IMG/VR virus record: IMGVR_UViG_3300046167_000801
From: a virus
Lineage: Duplodnaviria > Caudoviricetes
Strand: one strand, 5' to 3'
DNA length: 64,000 nucleotides
Below the pieces are notes generated by a model. That model had not been told where the DNA came from, did no database searches, and saw only the letters and a program-made list of their open reading frames with translations. Of the stretch, positions 38,351-47,077 are shown piece after piece. A program made the translations under genes and the position numbers. Every line of letters begins with the position of its first letter. Position 1 is the stretch's first letter.

Positions 38351-40395
38351 GAGCAGTTTTGGTAGGTAATGATTACCTTAAAGATAATAACGGTAATTTT
38401 AAACACTTAGAAAGTAACACTTCTGTTTTACCTTCATTTGCAAGATCCGAAGACTACTTCAACAAGTCTGTATTTGATCAGTTTCTTTTAGATAATAACA
38501 TAACAAGTATTGTCATTATAGACGCTTTAGGTCCTACCTTATTACAAGATGGGTTAGACAAACAACATGACGGTAATTCTTCCCATCAAAAGATTAGTCA
38601 TATGTTATCTAATGTATATGGTGAAACTCACAATGTTAGTTTTATCAGTCAAAATCAAGATGGATCTTTACCATTGATCGAGGATGCGGATGATAAACTA
38701 ATCTTAAGAATTGCATATGACGACAATGCTTTAGTTGATGAATCATACTGTAAAGATAATTTTGGGTTTCTAAAATTGATATCTGACAGTAATCCCAACT
38801 CATTACCTAATGTATTTTTTAATGATGGGAATGAGATTAGTGTAGATACCATAGGTACGACGATAACAGACAATGGTAACCACCCTAACTTTATTATTAA
38901 GGAAAGGTATCCTACGACCAACTATAAAAATTACCCTAAAGTATATAGAATTAATAGTGTTGAGGAATTAAACACACTTAAAAACGGATTAAATAGTAAT
39001 GAATTACTTCAGGAATATATTTGTAACACTAACGATTTAATTGACGGTAAATTAAAAACGTACAGACATATTACAATACTATACGGAAGTGACCTGTCAG
39101 TTTTAAATCCGTTCGACGTATTCTGTCATTCTAATAGGTTACCAATAACAGATGCTGTGGATTACGATGGTACAACAAATGAACTATCTCCATGGGAGAG
39201 ACCTAAGTACTTACAAAAAACAGGGTCAACGGCAGCTTCGAAACTTTATACTGGATCTGAAAACGATAATGTTAAAAAAAGTGATGGTTCGTTAGTTAAA
39301 CTAAAAGATCTTAAAGTAGGTGATAACCTCTCAAGTGTGATATTATCGGGATTAGGACCTGATGACGAATCCCATGTTAATTTTTCTTCGAATATAGATG
39401 ATTTAAATAGTAGCAATATAATATATTCACCCGTATTTGATGGCCCATTTGGGGGTATGTCTTATACCAAAGAAGAAGGTTATGATCCAACATATAATAA
39501 CCCAACTACATCTAACGAATGGGGTGGTTTTGCAAATACCAATACTGAATTGTCAAATGTTACCTTTCAAGAGGGTGGTAAATTAACATTTAATGCATCC
39601 TGTGAAGGGTCAATTGATGTTAAATTCATATTTGAGAATAACCCATATAATCATAACGGAAATGGTGATGATGATACGTTACCTAGATATAATACTGATT
39701 TAATTACAGTTAGTGGTGAGGGTGGTAAATATTCTATTGAGATCCCATCTCAAGGTTCAAACACTTTTAGTTCTTTTGTATTAAAAGTTATTACTCAGGA
39801 TTCAAATATTAAAATTACCAATTTTAAAATTATTACCTACGTAAGTGGACTCACCGATACTTCAGTTAGTACTGATAGTATTATTTCCGAAGAGTCGGGA
39901 TTTTTTGAACACATTATAACCTTAAGTGGGGGTAAAACATATAACTTTTTAGGTAGAAGTCAAATCCTATCATCAGGACCAAACGATGAGTTGTATCGAT
40001 TCATGATTGCGGATAATTTATTGGTTGGGTGTAAAGTAATAACAAGAGAATTGAGTGGGGGGAACCTTATTCCCGAAACGATAGTTTCTATGGGTTATAG
40101 GTACGTCCATGAAGTTGCATATAGTATAGATGTCGAAGAGGTAGATTACTATTTCAGAACAGATAGTTCTGAAACCCCTACACAAAGTGTTATTCATCAC
40201 AATAAAGAACAGATTGGGTGTATGTGTTATCATAAAGAATTTGAATGGACCAATTGTAGTTGCAATAGTCCATGTGTTTATGCCATGGGTGAATGTATGG
40301 AGGATGGTGCGTTCATAGATTGTTGTGGTTCACAACCAATGTGTTATGGAGGTTCATATTCATCGGGTCCTTGTGGTGATATAGGTAAAGAATAA
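38347..40395 (+). CDS. Circularly permuted ATP-grasp ligase fused to a Hint domain (with insert) and a C-terminal Cys-rich peptide
   Basis: G7-N-D9...E22-S-N24-T at the extreme N-terminus; IIKERYP and LLQEYI; Hint N-block V.K.DG....L.VGD; C-block AYSIDVEEVD.YF...VIHHN; then 63 aa with 10 Cys. Confidence 0.65.
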   Translation: MRAVLVGNDYLKDNNGNFKHLESNTSVLPSFARSEDYFNKSVFDQFLLDNNITSIVIIDALGPTLLQDGLDKQHDGNSSHQKISHMLSNVYGETHNVSFISQNQDGSLPLIEDADDKLILRIAYDDNALVDESYCKDNFGFLKLISDSNPNSLPNVFFNDGNEISVDTIGTTITDNGNHPNFIIKERYPTTNYKNYPKVYRINSVEELNTLKNGLNSNELLQEYICNTNDLIDGKLKTYRHITILYGSDLSVLNPFDVFCHSNRLPITDAVDYDGTTNELSPWERPKYLQKTGSTAASKLYTGSENDNVKKSDGSLVKLKDLKVGDNLSSVILSGLGPDDESHVNFSSNIDDLNSSNIIYSPVFDGPFGGMSYTKEEGYDPTYNNPTTSNEWGGFANTNTELSNVTFQEGGKLTFNASCEGSIDVKFIFENNPYNHNGNGDDDTLPRYNTDLITVSGEGGKYSIEIPSQGSNTFSSFVLKVITQDSNIKITNFKIITYVSGLTDTSVSTDSIISEESGFFEHIITLSGGKTYNFLGRSQILSSGPNDELYRFMIADNLLVGCKVITRELSGGNLIPETIVSMGYRYVHEVAYSIDVEEVDYYFRTDSSETPTQSVIHHNKEQIGCMCYHKEFEWTNCSCNSPCVYAMGECMEDGAFIDCCGSQPMCYGGSYSSGPCGDIGKE

Positions 40396-40413
40396 ATTAA
40401 AAACTAAGTTATT

Positions 40414-40557
40414 ATGTCAGAAGTAAATAAAAATACCCTTTATAACGATAAAAATCAAATTAGGCCAATTATTGATAAATCCTCTACGGAAGATAAAACA
40501 AGTATTGAGAACCTAACTAATAGTTTTGTTCAACTAATAAAGGACAAACACCTTTAG
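40414..40557 (+). CDS. Small protein (47 aa)
   Basis: Read by hand: MSEVNKNTLY...KDKHL. Follows the ATP-grasp gene. Confidence 0.5.
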   Translation: MSEVNKNTLYNDKNQIRPIIDKSSTEDKTSIENLTNSFVQLIKDKHL

Positions 40558-40595
40558 TATTTGATTTATTAAAATATTATTCGTATATTATTTAT

Positions 40596-40847
40596 ATGAG
40601 TAATATTGAAAAAATACATGACCAATTCCCCGAACTTGAAGTTCTTCAGGCAGATGGGTTCGATGATGCAATTGTTGGTTTAGAACCACTAAGTGGTAAA
40701 TTAATCTATGACATCTCTAAAATGATAGACGTACTTTTGGAAGAAGGTTTATCTCATGAAGATGCAATAGAGTACCTAGATTTTAATGTACTTAACGCAT
40801 ATGTGGGTGAAAATACACCACTCTACATACACACCATAGAGGAATAA
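40596..40847 (+). CDS. Conserved small phage protein
   Basis: ADGFDDAIVG, IYD..KMI, AIEYLDFN..AYVGE.TP. Confidence 0.75.
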   Translation: MSNIEKIHDQFPELEVLQADGFDDAIVGLEPLSGKLIYDISKMIDVLLEEGLSHEDAIEYLDFNVLNAYVGENTPLYIHTIEE

Positions 40848-41047
40848 TGGTATTCATAAGTCAAACATACAAGAAGGCAATTAAAGTTATTGATAGTTGT
40901 GAAAATGAAGAACAACTAAAGGGGGCATCAAATTATGTGACCCTATTTAAGAATTACTTTGAAAAATTGGGATCTGACGACCAACTAATAGAAATTTATT
41001 ATTCAGAACTTAAAAATAAAATACTAACTAGATTAGATGAAAATTAA
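40847..41047 (+). CDS. Hypothetical protein
   Basis: Translationally coupled on both sides. Confidence 0.6.
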   Translation: MVFISQTYKKAIKVIDSCENEEQLKGASNYVTLFKNYFEKLGSDDQLIEIYYSELKNKILTRLDEN

Positions 41048-41579
41048 AAGTACTGACATAAAAGACTGTTACATAATAGAGTCTGATAAATATGTAGATA
41101 ATAGGGGACACTTCCAAGTACCCTTTAATGTCGGTGAATTTAACCAAAAGACGGGAATCACGTTTAAGTTCATCCAAGAGAACGAGTCATTTTCGGAAAA
41201 AAATGTTATTAGAGGATTACATTTTCAAAAACCCCCATTCGAACAATCTAAGTTGGTTAGGTGTATTTATGGTGGTGTAACTGATGTTATATTAGACATT
41301 AGAAAAGACTCCCCAACGTATGGGAGGGTGGTAAAGGTAGAGTTAAAAGGGGGTGATTTACAATCTGTTTTTGTACCTAAAGGTTGTGCACATGGGTTCT
41401 CCACACAATCAAGAGCGGTTTTTAATTATAAAGTTGACAATGTCTATTCTAAAGATAGTGAGGGTGGTGTGATATATAATGACCCCGAGTTAAATATAGA
41501 TTGGAATGTGGGTAAAAAACCTAAAATATCTGACAAGGATTTATTACTACCCTTTTTCAAAGATTTAGATATTTATTAG
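41037..41579 (+). CDS. rfbC: dTDP-4-dehydrorhamnose 3,5-epimerase
   Basis: DNRGHF, FIQENES.S.KNVIRGLHFQ, QSKLVRC..G, D.R..SPTYG, VPKGCAHGF, YKVDN.Y, ISDKD. Confidence 0.95.
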   Translation: MKIKSTDIKDCYIIESDKYVDNRGHFQVPFNVGEFNQKTGITFKFIQENESFSEKNVIRGLHFQKPPFEQSKLVRCIYGGVTDVILDIRKDSPTYGRVVKVELKGGDLQSVFVPKGCAHGFSTQSRAVFNYKVDNVYSKDSEGGVIYNDPELNIDWNVGKKPKISDKDLLLPFFKDLDIY

Positions 41580-41591
41580 TAAACAATTATT

Positions 41592-41861
41592 ATGTCAAAA
41601 GTCATTAAATTAAAACAAGAGGATCTTGAGAAGTTAGTTCAGGATGTAATTAACGAACAAGAAGAGTGGAAAGGTTCCACTGATCCTGAGATAATGCAAA
41701 TGGGACAACAAGGACCTGAGGAAATGGGGGACGAACCAGAAAGTGTGGAAAGTGACGAAGATGGTGTTCCACTTAAATTAGGTAAAGACGATAAAGGTAA
41801 TTATTTTGTCTTTAAAGACGACGGATCGGAATCACCAACAGTATTCAAAATAAATAAGTAA
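41592..41861 (+). CDS. Small acidic protein with a K.IKL..EDL..LV..VINEQ leader (probable head-internal protein)
   Basis: N-terminal motif plus upstream TATTTAT. Confidence 0.6.
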   Translation: MSKVIKLKQEDLEKLVQDVINEQEEWKGSTDPEIMQMGQQGPEEMGDEPESVESDEDGVPLKLGKDDKGNYFVFKDDGSESPTVFKINK

Positions 41862-41864
41862 TAT

Positions 41865-41885
41865 AAACCCCACACAGTGGGGTTT
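41865..41885 (+). terminator. Intrinsic terminator
   Basis: AAACCCCAC-ACA-GTGGGGTTT hairpin immediately after the stop. Confidence 0.8.
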
Positions 41886-41913
41886 CTTATTTAAAATCAA
41901 ACTATTTATCAAT

Positions 41914-42753
41914 ATGAAGTTATCTTCTCTTTATGAGGAATTGAGCACTAGAAAAGTTCAAGCAATACTAAAACGTAATCCTGATTTTTTCCAAAACAGA
42001 GTTAGGTTTGTTTTGGGTGCAAATAATGGTGTGTTTGATTTTGAGATACATATAAGTCCTGAAGATATTGGTGACTATGTTGGTGGTGACTACAACATAC
42101 GTAGTTACACAACTAAAGATAATAGAAAAGTCGACATTGGACTTTTTGAGACCATATTAGATGGTGATATTTGGGATATTTATGAAAACTACCATTACGA
42201 TGGGGATTGGGAGTCAGTTTTAGATTATTATTTAAGTCCCGAAAATGAAGAGAAAATTAAAGATATTATCAATAAACTAATTAAGAGAGAAGGTAAGGAA
42301 ATAGAGGACCATGAGGGAGAGTCTTTACAGGACTTAATTGAACAGTACGACACTGAAGACCACATTAAAGGTATTCTAAGAGAATGTTTGAGTAGTGCGC
42401 AGGCTGACGATTATGTTAATTACCTAAAAGACCAATTAAGAGAATGTTTGATGGAATATGGGGATATAAAAAGTTTTGACCATGAAGGGGTTACACTTAA
42501 AATAAAATTCTCAACAATGATGGATATGTTAGGTCAAGATATTGATGATGTAGACGTAATAGATAAAATGGACGAAGATTGTGGTTACGACCCTAAATGT
42601 TATTTCGAGGAAATGTTTTATAAAAACACTTACGACTCACCTAAGTTTAGTCCTGATGATAGATATCAAGGTGATGCTAGTAACGAGAACGTTAATGATA
42701 TGATTAACGATAGATTGGGAGAGGTTGAGTATGATTATAAATTAGAGGGATGA
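41914..42753 (+). CDS. Highly acidic phage protein
   Basis: 279 aa, D/E-rich, upstream TATTTAT, ATGA-coupled to the next gene. Confidence 0.65.
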   Translation: MKLSSLYEELSTRKVQAILKRNPDFFQNRVRFVLGANNGVFDFEIHISPEDIGDYVGGDYNIRSYTTKDNRKVDIGLFETILDGDIWDIYENYHYDGDWESVLDYYLSPENEEKIKDIINKLIKREGKEIEDHEGESLQDLIEQYDTEDHIKGILRECLSSAQADDYVNYLKDQLRECLMEYGDIKSFDHEGVTLKIKFSTMMDMLGQDIDDVDVIDKMDEDCGYDPKCYFEEMFYKNTYDSPKFSPDDRYQGDASNENVNDMINDRLGEVEYDYKLEG

Positions 42754-44573
42754 AGTTAATAGAAACAATTTACGAACTTATTCTTGAGGCGAGACCAAAA
42801 GAAATATACAAAAAATACTATTCAGATATAGAATGGAATGTGTTTCTTAACATAATAAGTTTAGACCCCAAAACAAAACTTAAACAAATACCAGAAGACT
42901 ACGAAATACTAAAGATTGGTAAGTACGCTAAGTTACTTATTAAAATGTTTAAATCGAATAAACTAAAACCAGAGGATTATCCAAAGGCAAAAGAGTATCT
43001 TACGTTAGTCTACAAACATCAAGTACCTGTCGATGTGAACAAAGTAAAAGAATTAGGTGACCTATATACCCTCGTGGAGAAATACTATGTTAAGGATGGG
43101 GACCGTAATTACTTTGATGTGGTTAATACTTTAACTGATTCTGATCATAAACTATTAATGAGTGGTGAGAAATGGATCATATACACCCCAACAACTGAGA
43201 AAGGTGCCGCTTACTTAGGTCACGGAACACAATGGTGTACTGCATGGGGACCATATTCGACGAATGACCAATATAAAGGTCGTAGTAACCACTTCTCACA
43301 ACATAATAACAAAGGAAGTCTATATGTTATTGTGAAAAGGGACGAACCAACACAGAAATTTCAGTTCCATTTTGAAACTAAACAATTTATGAATCCCGCG
43401 GATAGAGGAATTTCCACTTCAGATTTCTTTAACAAACATAGGGAAGTTACAAAATACTTCTTCCCATCATTGTTTGATGACACACCAGTCGACAGTACTG
43501 AATTAGACAGAATGGATTTCTTAGGTTATGTGGATGTGGCCACATTAACTGAAAAAGAGATTGGGGACACCGACAATAAGTTGGTAGAAATACTAATTAA
43601 TAACAATGGTGACGAACTTATTGAAAAACTAAATGAGGGGTCATTTATTAACGACGGTAATGTATTAGATGTGTCGTCGGACCAACGAGACAATAATAGA
43701 ATAATATTTACACTTAGTGAGATAGGTGATGACGTTGAAACGACAAAATATGCGTTAGATGGGTATAAGTCCGCTTCAGGTCATTATTCAGATCACGGGG
43801 AATACCTTAGGAGTGACATAACAGATACTGACGAAGATCAGCAAAAAGAAATATTAACACCAATACTCGAAGCATTCTACGATAAAAATTATATCCCTTA
43901 TGCAAACAGTCGTGATGAATTTATTAAGAAAATAAGTTTTACGTATTTTGATGAACTTATTAATGATCTTGCGGATGAATACTCTCAATTAAATGAAGAG
44001 GGTGTTAGGTCTGCAAATGAAGTTAAAGAGAATGAGATAACGAAATATATAGACATTGATGAAGATCGTAATAGTCATGACATATACATACCGGTAATGA
44101 GGTTAGCTCTGTTTATATCCAAAGAAAATATTACACAAATAACCGATTGTGAGAGTTTATTTGATGCATATGTTGATAGTAAAGATCTTAACTATGAGTA
44201 CGAGAACCCAATGTGGGAAATTCCATTAGAACAAGTATCACTTAAAGATATGGAAACCCATATCGAGGGTTACTCATCTAAATTAGAAGAAGAATTTGAA
44301 TCACATCCCGAATGTGAAAAATCAAGAAACGAGTTACAAGAAATACTAAATAAGTATTTTAAAAAATATGGTGGTTATAATACAATATACCGTTTTAATA
44401 ACGAACATGTACAGGTAACAATACAAGATAAATTCGATTGTGAAAAGAATGGTGTACCTGTAGAGGTTATAATCGAAGAGAAAGGTGAACAAAAAAGAGA
44501 ACGATACACAGGTACTATCTCAATTGAGAAAGTGAAAGAATACATTTCCATGGAACCCCTTATGGAAGAATAA
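42750..44573 (+). CDS. Phage protein with a PcfJ-related W..YTP....A..LG.GTQWCTA domain
   Basis: KWIIYTPTTEKGAAYLGHGTQWCTA...F......GSLYVI...KFQFHFE..QFMN..D. Leader MKLIETIYELILEA. Confidence 0.65.
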   Translation: MKLIETIYELILEARPKEIYKKYYSDIEWNVFLNIISLDPKTKLKQIPEDYEILKIGKYAKLLIKMFKSNKLKPEDYPKAKEYLTLVYKHQVPVDVNKVKELGDLYTLVEKYYVKDGDRNYFDVVNTLTDSDHKLLMSGEKWIIYTPTTEKGAAYLGHGTQWCTAWGPYSTNDQYKGRSNHFSQHNNKGSLYVIVKRDEPTQKFQFHFETKQFMNPADRGISTSDFFNKHREVTKYFFPSLFDDTPVDSTELDRMDFLGYVDVATLTEKEIGDTDNKLVEILINNNGDELIEKLNEGSFINDGNVLDVSSDQRDNNRIIFTLSEIGDDVETTKYALDGYKSASGHYSDHGEYLRSDITDTDEDQQKEILTPILEAFYDKNYIPYANSRDEFIKKISFTYFDELINDLADEYSQLNEEGVRSANEVKENEITKYIDIDEDRNSHDIYIPVMRLALFISKENITQITDCESLFDAYVDSKDLNYEYENPMWEIPLEQVSLKDMETHIEGYSSKLEEEFESHPECEKSRNELQEILNKYFKKYGGYNTIYRFNNEHVQVTIQDKFDCEKNGVPVEVIIEEKGEQKRERYTGTISIEKVKEYISMEPLMEE

Positions 44574-44606
44574 TTAGTATATTCTAAAAATATTCTTAGA
44601 ATTTAG

Positions 44607-44636
44607 TTGTATATAATAAAATAATTATTATCTTTG
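44607..44636 (+). promoter_or_regulatory. Bacteroidota-type sigma70 promoter
   Basis: TTG-N19-TATCTTTG upstream of 44664. Confidence 0.75.
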
Positions 44637-44663
44637 TCAGTATAAAGGTAAAAATTATATATC

Positions 44664-44951
44664 ATGACAATTAAAGAAATTCAATTCGAACCCCACCAAG
44701 TAGGTGGATTCAAATCCAAAACTAACATTAAAGATAATATAGATATCTCCATTGTATGTGGTCAGTTTTTCTACTGTTCACCGAGAGCTAACCTATCACA
44801 TCCACTTGAATACGATTCTTATGAGATTGCCATTTTTAGAGATGGTGAGTTCACAAGGGAATTCTATGACGAGTTTCATGATGATGATGTAGTCGGATAT
44901 ATAAGTGAAGATGAAATTACAAGTTTAATTAATAAAATAAAAAAATCATGA
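44664..44951 (+). CDS. Hypothetical protein
   Basis: ORF directly downstream of a promoter. ISIVCG.F.YCSPR, YEIAIF. Confidence 0.65.
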   Translation: MTIKEIQFEPHQVGGFKSKTNIKDNIDISIVCGQFFYCSPRANLSHPLEYDSYEIAIFRDGEFTREFYDEFHDDDVVGYISEDEITSLINKIKKS

Positions 44952-45058
44952 TACCAAAATTCGAAGATTTAAATCCAAAACTACAAGGGTTCGTAATAGG
45001 TGTGGGAGTTACACTACTTACGGTTTTTACTACGGGAATATACTTAACACATTTTTAA
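44948..45058 (+). CDS. Small single-TM protein (36 aa)
   Basis: Read by hand. ATGA overlap with the upstream gene. Confidence 0.5.
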   Translation: MIPKFEDLNPKLQGFVIGVGVTLLTVFTTGIYLTHF

Positions 45059-45059
45059 A

Positions 45060-45545
45060 ATGACATTATTTAATAATCTTAGATACAAAATATTCTGTGA
45101 TATGGATGGTGTTCTTGTCGATTTCGAGAAGGGTTACTTAGAACTCACAGGTTTAGATATATCAGGTCAGTGGCACACCACACCTGAATTTTGGAACCCC
45201 ATAAATGAAAAAGGTCAAGAGTTTTGGGACAATTTAGAATGGATGAAGGACGGTAAAAAATTATGGTCCTATATTGAAGAATACTATCCCGTACTATTGT
45301 CCTCCCCATCTCGTAACGGATACGGATCTAGAAAAGGTAAAAACTCTTGGGTTAATAGAGAGTTACCGGGAGTACCACTTCTATTGGAGTACTCAAACAA
45401 TAAAAAGAAGTATGCGGGTGAAGACTGTATATTAATTGATGATAGGGATTCTAATATAGAACAGTGGATATCTAATGGTGGTATAGGTATTTTACATAAA
45501 GATTTTGATACTACCGTAATTGAATTAGAAAAATTAGGATTATGA
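45060..45545 (+). CDS. HAD-family 5'(3')-nucleotidase-like protein
   Basis: IFCDMDGVLVDF, LSSP, ILIDDR..NI.QW...GG.GILH. Confidence 0.85.
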   Translation: MTLFNNLRYKIFCDMDGVLVDFEKGYLELTGLDISGQWHTTPEFWNPINEKGQEFWDNLEWMKDGKKLWSYIEEYYPVLLSSPSRNGYGSRKGKNSWVNRELPGVPLLLEYSNNKKKYAGEDCILIDDRDSNIEQWISNGGIGILHKDFDTTVIELEKLGL

Positions 45546-46003
45546 TTAATAACACAAATAGTTTTCAAACAAATTTAAATGGATCGTCAGTCGATAAACC
45601 ATCACAATGGATAAAAATACATTGGTTTGTATTGGCCATAGGTGTAACATATTTCTCACCAGAATTTGGTTTAATCCCTTTGGTAATATGGTTATACCAT
45701 GTAGTTGACCTATACTTTTGGTCATGGACATATACCTCAGATTCCGTTATTGAGAGAAGGGGTATATTAAACGTGAATACAGAAGAGATACAATACTTTA
45801 GAATAAAAGACGTTCAATTGTATGAACCATTTCTATATAGGTTAGTCGGGTTGTCTAAAATCATTTTAATCACCTCAGACGAAACAAAACCAATTATAGT
45901 ACTCAATGGTATCGAAGATGGAAAAGGTAAGCGAGAGATGTTTAAAACGTTCGCCCTGAAGTCGAGAAGGTCTGAAGGTATACGTGAATTTGATATTAGA
46001 TAA
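45542..46003 (+). CDS. Membrane protein with a bacterial PH domain (bPH_2)
   Basis: Two TM segments, then YT.T...VIE.RGIL....EEI.Y.RIKDV.L...RL.GL..I...TSD. Confidence 0.8.
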   Translation: MINNTNSFQTNLNGSSVDKPSQWIKIHWFVLAIGVTYFSPEFGLIPLVIWLYHVVDLYFWSWTYTSDSVIERRGILNVNTEEIQYFRIKDVQLYEPFLYRLVGLSKIILITSDETKPIIVLNGIEDGKGKREMFKTFALKSRRSEGIREFDIR

Positions 46004-46022
46004 AAAATTATGTATATTTATT

Positions 46023-46226
46023 ATGAAACAGGTATTAACCATGATTTATTTAAGTTCGGTTGACTCGTACTATGATCAACAAACAGGTCTTGTTTATGTA
46101 TGTAAATCAAAATCATGTAGGGACACCAATGAAGGTATAATACTAAAAGAGATGAAGGAGCAATGGTGGGAAAGTCTCACATCTTCAGATCTATCAAGGA
46201 TCCACTCAAATGGGGGTTTGTATTAA
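46023..46226 (+). CDS. Hypothetical protein
   Basis: Start moved to the internal ATG. Confidence 0.5.
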   Translation: MKQVLTMIYLSSVDSYYDQQTGLVYVCKSKSCRDTNEGIILKEMKEQWWESLTSSDLSRIHSNGGLY

Positions 46227-46610
46227 ATGAAATTTGCACTTATAGCACACGATAACAAAAAGGCGGACATGGTCGCATTTGTGTCAAAAAGATTACCATT
46301 TTTTAATAGGGAAGATGTAGATATAGTAACTACGGGAACAACAGGTAAACACTGTAAACATGCCGGTATTAAGAATTTAGAGACAGTAAATTCAGGACCA
46401 CTTGGTGGAGACGCTGAGATTGCCACTAAAGTCGTTAATGGTGAAATAACGGGTGTCATATTTATGAGAGACCCTTTAGATAAACATCCACATGATGTTG
46501 ATATCAGTATGTTGATGAGGTTATGTGATGTTCACAATGTCCCACTCGCAACAAACTACAAAACTGCGAGTATCCTTATTAAGTGGTTTAAGATGAACAA
46601 CGTAAAATAA
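46227..46610 (+). CDS. mgsA: Methylglyoxal synthase
   Basis: ALIAHDNKK, TGTTG, SGPLGGDAEI, F.RDPL..HPHDVDI..L.RLCDVHNVPLATN. Confidence 0.95.
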   Translation: MKFALIAHDNKKADMVAFVSKRLPFFNREDVDIVTTGTTGKHCKHAGIKNLETVNSGPLGGDAEIATKVVNGEITGVIFMRDPLDKHPHDVDISMLMRLCDVHNVPLATNYKTASILIKWFKMNNVK

Positions 46611-46744
46611 TTATATGTTTGAGTACCTCTTCAATTTGTTTTTGGGTGGAAGTTTTTTCCTAATCATTATATTCTTGATTAAGAGTATTAAGAGTGATAA
46701 GAAAAAATAATCACTAGTATATATTAAAAATTTTTAGTATTTTG

Positions 46745-46774
46745 TTTGTATATTCAAAAATATTGTTATCTTTG
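46745..46774 (+). promoter_or_regulatory. Bacteroidota-type promoter
   Basis: TTTG-N18-TATCTTTG. Confidence 0.75.
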
Positions 46775-46798
46775 TATAAGAATAAAAAATTAAATATT

Positions 46799-47077
46799 AT
46801 GAAAAAGTTAATTGTAATGATGGTGTTAGGGGTATGTTTTACCTCTTGTGTTGAAACTAAAGAAGTACCTAAATGTCAAAGTACTGAGGTTGTGTCTGTG
46901 GAAGACCCGAACAAAGAACGGTTTGAACTTATGGATAGAAATGATGGTGTACAATACTTCCGGTTTAAGGATAAATACTATACTGAAACTCAACTCGATT
47001 CAATCATGGAGGTTGTACATAAAAAGATCACTGAGGAAATGATTGAAGAATTGGATTCTACTGCCTCTTCGCAGTAA
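46799..47077 (+). CDS. Lipoprotein
   Basis: MKKLIVMMVLGVCFTS-C lipobox. Confidence 0.7.
   Translation: MKKLIVMMVLGVCFTSCVETKEVPKCQSTEVVSVEDPNKERFELMDRNDGVQYFRFKDKYYTETQLDSIMEVVHKKITEEMIEELDSTASSQ

Noticed and set aside
39250-40203. Canonical splicing intein with homing endonuclease
   Set aside because: No Cys/Ser at position 1, Lys at +1 and no LAGLIDADG/HNH motifs. Treated instead as a cleavage-type Hint domain.
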